A stretch of DNA of 64,000 nt from IMG/VR virus record IMGVR_UViG_3300022602_000035. One strand, written 5' to 3'. The translations under genes were made by a program, and so were the position numbers. Positions 58,181 through 64,000 of this stretch are shown here, one piece after another; position 1 is the first letter of the stretch; each line of letters starts with the position of its first letter. The notes under the pieces are model-generated. The model was not told where the DNA came from, ran no database searches, and saw nothing but the letters and a program-made list of their open reading frames with translations. Source of the stretch: an uncultured virus (IMG/VR IMGVR_UViG_3300022602_000035) (lineage: Duplodnaviria > Heunggongvirae > Uroviricota > Caudoviricetes).

Positions 58181-58290
58181 TGAAAACATTCTTACTTAAC
58201 GTACTGTTCACGTTGCTGGCTGTAGGTACCTGGGGTACATTGGCGGCTTGGATTATTTGGGCTGTAGTTTATAATAAAGGACAATTATAA
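58180..58290 (+). CDS. 36-aa single-TM peptide (not in ORF track)
   Basis: MKTFLLNVLFTLLAVGTWGTLAAWIIWAVVYNKGQL*, TAATG-coupled at both ends. Confidence 0.55.
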   Translation: MKTFLLNVLFTLLAVGTWGTLAAWIIWAVVYNKGQL

Positions 58291-58478
58291 TGCGTAAATG
58301 CTTATTTTGGGCAGTGGCACTGATTACACTACCATTGGTAATTGCAGTAGTGGTCTTAACAAAGGTCGTGAATTTGATTAATGACCATTTTGAAATGGCT
58401 ATGAACACATTCACTGGTTGGGCATACAAAAACGAAGATATAGCCGAACTTATTAACGACAGCATAAGGAGAAAATAA
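58290..58478 (+). CDS. small membrane protein
   Basis: TM helix; coupled start. Confidence 0.55.
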   Translation: MRKCLFWAVALITLPLVIAVVVLTKVVNLINDHFEMAMNTFTGWAYKNEDIAELINDSIRRK

Positions 58479-58479
58479 C

Positions 58480-58725
58480 ATGCGTGAATTATTATTAATT
58501 ATCTTAGCAGTATCAGTGACAGCATGTACTGATGCTAAACTCAAACAAATTACTACTATTGGTAGTGCTGGTCATATTGTCTGCTATTCGGGTGGTAAAA
58601 CCATCTACGAAGGAGATAGCACTGGTAAAATTGCTACTGAACAGGGCAGTGATGGTTGGTTCTTAGAAGATGCCAACACACATAAATTAGTGCGTGTTAG
58701 CGGTGATTGTGTAATTACAAACTAA
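58480..58725 (+). CDS. small lipoprotein
   Basis: Lipobox VTAC; CYSGG. Confidence 0.65.
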   Translation: MRELLLIILAVSVTACTDAKLKQITTIGSAGHIVCYSGGKTIYEGDSTGKIATEQGSDGWFLEDANTHKLVRVSGDCVITN

Positions 58726-58735
58726 GGAACAAACA

Positions 58736-58921
58736 ATGGATCTAGTAAAAAAAGTAATTCAAGGCGTTGGTGAAGTTGGTATTGACACCGAAGCAAGTCC
58801 AGGCAATGGTCGTTGGTATGTCAAGCACTATGCTACCGGCTATGATGTATGTGGCTTTGACAGCGAACAAGAAGCCTTAGAAGAACTTGAATATGTTGAA
58901 CTTGGTACGGTTGCGTTTTAA
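58736..58921 (+). CDS. hypothetical protein
   Basis: AAGGA RBS. Confidence 0.55.
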   Translation: MDLVKKVIQGVGEVGIDTEASPGNGRWYVKHYATGYDVCGFDSEQEALEELEYVELGTVAF

Positions 58922-59154
58922 TGGAAAATAATCGCGTCAATCAATGGTTAGAATGGCTAGGCACTGCTATCCTTATTCTAGGCACAGCCGTAAACAGCTT
59001 GGGCTACTATCCCCAAGGTCCAATCTTATTGTGCTTTGGTGGAGTGTGTTGGTTAACCGTTAGCATCCGTTGGCGTAAACCTAGTCTAATTGTAGTTAAT
59101 GGCATTATGATGTTAACTGCCGTCGCTGGTTTATTTTGGCATTATTTTGGTTGA
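58921..59154 (+). CDS. small three-TM membrane protein
   Basis: Hydrophobic; YYP, W..SLIVVN. Confidence 0.6.
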   Translation: MENNRVNQWLEWLGTAILILGTAVNSLGYYPQGPILLCFGGVCWLTVSIRWRKPSLIVVNGIMMLTAVAGLFWHYFG

Positions 59155-59212
59155 CATTTTGGTTTTCTGAATGTATAATGTTACACATACACTAACAACA
59201 CAGGAGCAACAA
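59151..59212 (+). promoter_or_regulatory. early promoter/leader cassette copy
   Basis: TTGACA-TTTTGGTT...-TATAAT, leader ACACATACACTAACAACACAGGAGCA. Confidence 0.8.
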
Positions 59213-59533
59213 ATGGACATTCAAGCTATTAAAAACGAAGCACAAACAGCAGCAATTACAGCAGAACAAGCATTTATTGCTCAGCATGGTGAAATGGCCT
59301 ACTGTGGTTTTGCTTGGGTAGATGTGTTCGTAGAACGTACTAATTCAAAAGAAGCTAAAGCATTAGCTGAAATGGGCTTTAAGAAAAGCTATCGTCCAAA
59401 AACAATGAACTTGTGGACTTGTGGTAGCTATCATGGTCAAAGTATGGATGTTAAAGAAGCTGGTGCACGTGCTTACGCAGATGTGTTAACCAAACATGGT
59501 TTCCGTGCTTACATGGGCTCACGTGCAGATTAA
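59213..59533 (+). CDS. conserved hypothetical phage protein
   Basis: Start MDIQ after AGGAG; CGFAWV, QSMDVKEAGARAYA. Confidence 0.7.
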   Translation: MDIQAIKNEAQTAAITAEQAFIAQHGEMAYCGFAWVDVFVERTNSKEAKALAEMGFKKSYRPKTMNLWTCGSYHGQSMDVKEAGARAYADVLTKHGFRAYMGSRAD

Positions 59534-59546
59534 TTAAGGAATAACA

Positions 59547-59798
59547 ATGAAAGAGTTGCAAATCCAGGACGACTGGCAGTATAATAATGAAGAAGAAGCT
59601 GAAATGGGTCAGCTTCATGCTATTCATAATAATATGAATGCTGTAGCAGACGTTCGTCGCAAATTAGCAGAACAAGCGGCACAACCAAGTTTGGAAGAAT
59701 GTGAAGAGTGTGGTGACGAAATTCCAGAAGCACGTCGCCTAGCAATTCCTGGTTGTCGCTTGTGCGTATTTTGTAAAGAGAAGCAAGAACGCCGTTAA
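59547..59798 (+). CDS. TraR/DksA C4-type zinc-finger protein
   Basis: CEECGDEIPEARRLAIPGCRLCVFC. Confidence 0.88.
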   Translation: MKELQIQDDWQYNNEEEAEMGQLHAIHNNMNAVADVRRKLAEQAAQPSLEECEECGDEIPEARRLAIPGCRLCVFCKEKQERR

Positions 59799-59817
59799 AT
59801 AAAACAAAAGGAACAGT

Positions 59818-60438
59818 ATGTCAAATTTAGTCCCAATGGTAGTAGAGCGCACAAGTCAAGGTGAACGTGCCTATGACATTTATTCACGTCTACTTAAAGA
59901 TCGTATTGTAATGTTAGACACTGATGTTAATGAACATACTGCCAGTTCAATCGTAGCACAGATGTTATACCTAGAAAGTGAAAGTCCAGAAACAGACATC
60001 CTATTCTATATCAATAGTCCAGGTGGTAGTGTAACTGCTGGTTTGGCTATCTATGATACTATGCAGTTTATCAAACCTGATGTGAGAACTATTGTTTTAG
60101 GTCAAGCATGTAGTATGGGTAGTTTCCTAGCACAAGCAGGTACCAAAGGTAAACGTTTTGTTCTACCAGAAAGCCGTACAATGATTCACCGTGTGAGTTC
60201 AGGTACTCCTGGTACACGTGGTAGTGTACACGTACAAGAACTACAGTTTGAAGATGCTGTGCGTTCAATGGAAGAAAGCAAGCGTTTAAATGAACGTCTA
60301 ACTCAACTGTATGTCAAGCATAATACCGCAGGTAAAACCTACGATGAACTGTTTGAAACTATGAAGTTTGATACATTCTTATCAGCAGAAGAAGCAGTAG
60401 CCTACGGCCTAGCCGACGAAGTAATTACTCAGCGTTAA
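59818..60438 (+). CDS. clpP: ATP-dependent Clp protease proteolytic subunit
   Basis: [36 protein letters not shown]. Confidence 0.95.
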   Translation: MSNLVPMVVERTSQGERAYDIYSRLLKDRIVMLDTDVNEHTASSIVAQMLYLESESPETDILFYINSPGGSVTAGLAIYDTMQFIKPDVRTIVLGQACSMGSFLAQAGTKGKRFVLPESRTMIHRVSSGTPGTRGSVHVQELQFEDAVRSMEESKRLNERLTQLYVKHNTAGKTYDELFETMKFDTFLSAEEAVAYGLADEVITQR

Positions 60439-61748
60439 TGGCCAATACAAACGTATTTTGTAATACACCATGGTACGAGGCTCACATCTATTGGGATGGG
60501 AGTCTCGGCATCTGTTGTCAAGAGGATATGAAATTATATCCTCCTTCAAAAGCCTCACAGTACAATATCAAAACAATGTCGTTGAATGATTGGTTCAACA
60601 GCAAACCAGTAAGGCAATTTCGATTAGACGTATTAGGCAATAGCGGAACTCCTGTTTGTAATCGCTGTTATAACGAAACAGAATTCGGTGGCACAAGTCG
60701 TAGACATCGTGCTAACCATAAGAGTGCAATATTTACAGAAATTGCGTTTTATGACAGTTTTGAACAAAGCCCGCACTATGATAATTTTAAATTCAGTGAA
60801 GGCATGGATGGTCTTACCAATACCCTGCCAGTCGATCTACACATTGACCTAGGCAACTATTGTAACTTGGCCTGTAAGATGTGTTGGAGTGGTGCAAGTA
60901 GTACTATCGCTACCCAAATGGTCAAATGGGGTCATACAGAACATCAGCAATTCTTAGGTACTGATTGGACTAAAGATTCAGAGGTTTGGACTAGATTCTT
61001 AAATGATCTCTTATCTATACCCCATCTTAAAAACATACATCTAATGGGCGGAGAAACACTGCTGACTAATCGTTTTGAAGAGCTGGTGGACTTTATGACT
61101 CTACATAAACGATTCGATGTGTCATTTAGTTTTGTAACCAATGGCACAGTATTCAAACCTGACCTAATTAAAAAATTGTCAAAGTTTCCTCGTACAGGAA
61201 TTGAAATTAGTATAGAAACTGTGACCAAACACAATGACTATATTCGTCAAGGATCTAAACTACAAGACGTCTTGACGAATATACAACGTTATAAAGAATT
61301 ATGTAATGATTCGATTTCAATTACATTACGGCCTGCGATCAGTGCATTAAGCATTGGATACTATCATACTTTATTAGAATATTGTCTAGACCATCAATTC
61401 TTAATTAAAAGTTTAATTGTTACCAATCCTGATTATCTAAGTGTATCGGCATTGCCACAAGGGGTAAAACAAGCATACAAACTTAGATATGCAGAACTTA
61501 TGACCAAGTTAGCCGATGTCAGCACGGCACCATTTAACGAAAGTGATCCTCATAACTATCAGAAATCAATTAAACTACAGGTTATCCAAGCACTTAATCT
61601 ATTAGAAACAACCCCGACATTCCGGCCGGGAACTAATAGTTTGGTAGAGCATTGCCTAAAGTGGGACAAGGTCTATGGATTTGATGCAGTGGAATTATAT
61701 CCAGAACTAACAGAAGAGTTTACACGTGGAAAGAACCTACCCAGTTAA
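60438..61748 (+). CDS. radical SAM protein with N-terminal SPASM/Twitch-like domain
   Basis: FCNTPW...ICC...CNRC, then CNLACKMC, MGGE, VTNGT. Confidence 0.82.
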   Translation: MANTNVFCNTPWYEAHIYWDGSLGICCQEDMKLYPPSKASQYNIKTMSLNDWFNSKPVRQFRLDVLGNSGTPVCNRCYNETEFGGTSRRHRANHKSAIFTEIAFYDSFEQSPHYDNFKFSEGMDGLTNTLPVDLHIDLGNYCNLACKMCWSGASSTIATQMVKWGHTEHQQFLGTDWTKDSEVWTRFLNDLLSIPHLKNIHLMGGETLLTNRFEELVDFMTLHKRFDVSFSFVTNGTVFKPDLIKKLSKFPRTGIEISIETVTKHNDYIRQGSKLQDVLTNIQRYKELCNDSISITLRPAISALSIGYYHTLLEYCLDHQFLIKSLIVTNPDYLSVSALPQGVKQAYKLRYAELMTKLADVSTAPFNESDPHNYQKSIKLQVIQALNLLETTPTFRPGTNSLVEHCLKWDKVYGFDAVELYPELTEEFTRGKNLPS

Positions 61749-62172
61749 TATTGTAGTTAAATTAAAACCAATTTGGTTTAGGGAACCTCCCACGGTTAGA
61801 GTTGGACTAGATGGGGAGTATAGACAAACTTCTCTAAGGGATACTATAACCTATTACTATCATCTGAATAAGCCTGCAGGTGTACATCACCTTGAAGTTG
61901 AACTACTGGGCAAGACTGACCTAGATTCAGATATGGCCAATGGCTATGATACTGCAGTAGTAATTGAGGAAATTGAATTCAATGGTATTACCAATCCTAA
62001 GTTTGGTTGGTCTGGGATATATAGACCAAATTACCCACATCACACACAAGGTGAACCAGAGTTAACTAATCATACCTATCTAGGGTGGAATGGTATTTGG
62101 ACTTTGGAATTTACAACTCCAATTTATACTTGGATCCATAACATTGAAAATTTAGGTTGGATTTATGAATAA
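61726..62172 (+). CDS. hypothetical protein
   Basis: LGWNGIWTLEFTTPIYTW. Confidence 0.6.
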   Translation: MERTYPVNIVVKLKPIWFREPPTVRVGLDGEYRQTSLRDTITYYYHLNKPAGVHHLEVELLGKTDLDSDMANGYDTAVVIEEIEFNGITNPKFGWSGIYRPNYPHHTQGEPELTNHTYLGWNGIWTLEFTTPIYTWIHNIENLGWIYE

Positions 62173-62246
62173 TTTGGTTGACTTTTTGATATTTTGGTAG
62201 TATAATAGTAACTGAGCAGTATAATATTAACTTGTAGGAGAAAAAT

Positions 62247-62564
62247 ATGTTTAAAGTAGTTGGAGTTTCGACACTTAACGGTGTTACCAAAGTGCGTTTT
62301 GCTAATGATTTTGTTAGCCGTGTTAAGATGTTGGTCAAAGATGGTCATACTGATATCGAATTGTATGAACTTCCAGAACCGCTGTCTAAAGCTGATGCAG
62401 TTACACACTTAAAAGCAACAACATTAATGGATACTCCTCGTTTTGCAGAAGCTATTACACTTGCAGATGAGAAATACAATCATAATTATGCTGTTAAATT
62501 AAGCCGTCCTAAGAGTGCATTAAGCATTGAGGCTATCAAAACACGTGCAGGAATCGTTGCCTAA
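62247..62564 (+). CDS. hypothetical phage protein
   Basis: Promoter at 62178-62206, AGGAGA RBS; KVRFAND..RVKML.K.GHTDI. Confidence 0.7.
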   Translation: MFKVVGVSTLNGVTKVRFANDFVSRVKMLVKDGHTDIELYELPEPLSKADAVTHLKATTLMDTPRFAEAITLADEKYNHNYAVKLSRPKSALSIEAIKTRAGIVA

Positions 62565-62625
62565 GGTGTAAATACTGGTATAGCGATCCCGATTCTATCC
62601 CGACCGCTACTATGGAGGATATGTT

Positions 62626-63006
62626 ATGAGGATCGCTACACTTGCACTATTAGTGTCATTGTCTGCAATGGCAGATGAACCAACTGAAATGTACATGCCA
62701 AATGACAGTGGCGGGTACATTGTATTAACCCTAGAAGATTGTCGAGTTAAAACTTCAGATTATCCCTATAGGGCCTATGCTACAGAGTCAGAGTCAGGAC
62801 CTGCGCTACATGAAGGCTGTTGGACTAGATTCACTGACCCAGAGTATGATAAATTTGCAGAAAGTATGGTTAGTACCTATTGGGGTCCAGGCCTAATGGC
62901 CAGCTTTAGACAGAGGTTGTTTAGTCCTAATAAAGCACGTTGGACTGATGATAAGAACCCAATGACTATACGAGCACCAGAAGTGGTAGTAAAACCTAAT
63001 ACCTAG
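62626..63006 (+). CDS. secreted hypothetical protein
   Basis: Signal peptide; PNDSGGYIVLT..C...GCW. Confidence 0.65.
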   Translation: MRIATLALLVSLSAMADEPTEMYMPNDSGGYIVLTLEDCRVKTSDYPYRAYATESESGPALHEGCWTRFTDPEYDKFAESMVSTYWGPGLMASFRQRLFSPNKARWTDDKNPMTIRAPEVVVKPNT

Positions 63007-63024
63007 ATAAGTATTGTATTAAAG

Positions 63025-63332
63025 AATTGTTGTATAAGCTCTAAAGTAATATCGTTGCGGACGCCGGTTCGACCCCGGCCACCTCCACTGAGGGCATTTG
63101 AAAAAGTGTCTTGAGTGGGGGTGTATTTGGTTTCGACGTGGCGGGATAGGATAAGGGTCAACACATCATGTGGATGTAAAACGCAAACTCAAGTAAATGC
63201 AAACGCAAATACTAAAGACGTAGTTAAAGTATCTATGGGTCGTGGCTTCCGCTTCGCTCGTGGTACCGAAGCTGTAGCAGCCTAAGAAACTGCAACGTCC
63301 GGGGTAGGACTTACCTTGTTACCAAAACAACC
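63025..63332 (+). ncRNA. ssrA: circularly permuted two-piece tmRNA (ends approximate)
   Basis: T-arm GCCGG-TTCGACC-CCGGC and CACCTCCA (63080-87) lie upstream of GGGGGTG...TTCGAC (63117), giving an Ala acceptor stem with G3.U; tag frame 63199-63285 ANANTKDVVKVSMGRGFRFARGTEAVAA*. Confidence 0.9.
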
Positions 63333-63353
63333 ACCCGCTTCGGCGGGTTTCTT
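63333..63353 (+). terminator. rho-independent terminator after tmRNA
   Basis: ACCCGC-TTCG-GCGGGT-TTCTT. Confidence 0.8.
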
Positions 63354-63376
63354 CTAATCTATTATGAAAGACTAAT

Positions 63377-63952
63377 ATGACAACAAATTTTGATCGCGCA
63401 ATGGCAGTAGCGGCTCACAAACAGAAAAAATTAATTAAAAAAATGTACAGCAAATCAAACTGGGGTATGGACCTTAGTCTAGAAGACTTGGCATTGATCA
63501 GTGCTACATATCCAAGTGCGCAACAATACGGTCCGAAATTTGAGAAATGGATCAATAATCAGTTTGGTTGGACTAGATTAAAAGCCAAAGCAGATCGTGG
63601 TGATAGTCTTACACTAAGTGGCAAATACATTGAACAAAAATGGTGCATTCGCACTGACACTGGCCCAACAGGCCTACAACATCGTTTCTGGCAGGAAATT
63701 GACTACTATCTATATGGTCACGTAGATGATACAGATAGTGAAAATATTACTGTAGACCTATATCTTCTAACCAAAGCACAGGTATTAGAAGAAGCTGAAA
63801 AATTGAATCTAATTGTAAGCCATGGTACTCCTACTGCTATTCTACTAAATGAACATGTTGAATATACCATGGGTGTACGCTATGGTAGCGACGACCATCA
63901 ACGTTGGAAAAAACTTTACCAAATCCAATTAACGGATTTAGAAAATCTTTAG
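63377..63952 (+). CDS. hypothetical protein, possible PD-(D/E)XK endonuclease
   Basis: FEKWI...RGDSL...YIEQK spacing. Confidence 0.45.
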   Translation: MTTNFDRAMAVAAHKQKKLIKKMYSKSNWGMDLSLEDLALISATYPSAQQYGPKFEKWINNQFGWTRLKAKADRGDSLTLSGKYIEQKWCIRTDTGPTGLQHRFWQEIDYYLYGHVDDTDSENITVDLYLLTKAQVLEEAEKLNLIVSHGTPTAILLNEHVEYTMGVRYGSDDHQRWKKLYQIQLTDLENL

Positions 63953-64000
63953 TCACCAAAACTTTTGACTTAAATAGTTGTCTGTATTATACTATATGTT

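Noticed and set aside
60438..61748. Radical SAM/SPASM protein as PqqE partner of pqqA
   Set aside because: Its Cys-rich domain is N-terminal rather than C-terminal as in PqqE, it is 22 kb from pqqA, and no pqqB/C/D is present
63059..63087. Stand-alone tRNA gene
   Set aside because: The T-arm and acceptor 3' strand lack an upstream anticodon arm and pair with the downstream GGGGGTG, so this is a permuted tmRNA
1..64000. Alternative genetic code, or cellular origin of the window
   Set aside because: Conserved genes are full length in code 11 and end at TAA/TAG/TGA; host-like genes are interleaved with phage-type genes, late boxes and tiny ORFs rather than in bacterial operons (e.g. dnaK without grpE/dnaJ)

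Overview
This is a 64-kb segment of a large, AT-rich (roughly 35-40% GC by eye), densely coding dsDNA bacteriophage genome of T4-like/huge-phage style, in the standard genetic code. The likely host is a betaproteobacterial methylotroph (inferred from a Methylophilaceae-type pqqA and a proteobacterial DnaK). Contents: late genes behind TAAATA boxes; a class Ia RNR module (nrdA-sod-nrdB-grx); a minus-strand array of about 14 short paralogous ORFs ending in 'L(R/K)W(A/S)'-like tails, several of whose last codons double as the next gene's Shine-Dalgarno; a fibre protein; a truncated HNH gene; and a proteostasis/translation set (bS21, DnaK with a ROSE-like thermometer, Hsp20, ClpS, ClpP, TraR/DksA, a permuted two-piece tmRNA). 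There is also a curli-like CsgF-CsgG-curlin-FecR-curlin...CHASE2 cyclase locus, interrupted by a FabF/pqqA/AhpC (OxyR-box)/desaturase island, plus a sugar-dehydrogenase/oxygenase/amidinotransferase cluster, UvsE, and repeated early-promoter cassettes. Several small ORFs missing from the ORF track and two candidate structured ncRNAs were found by eye. All family calls come from motif recognition; no searches were run.
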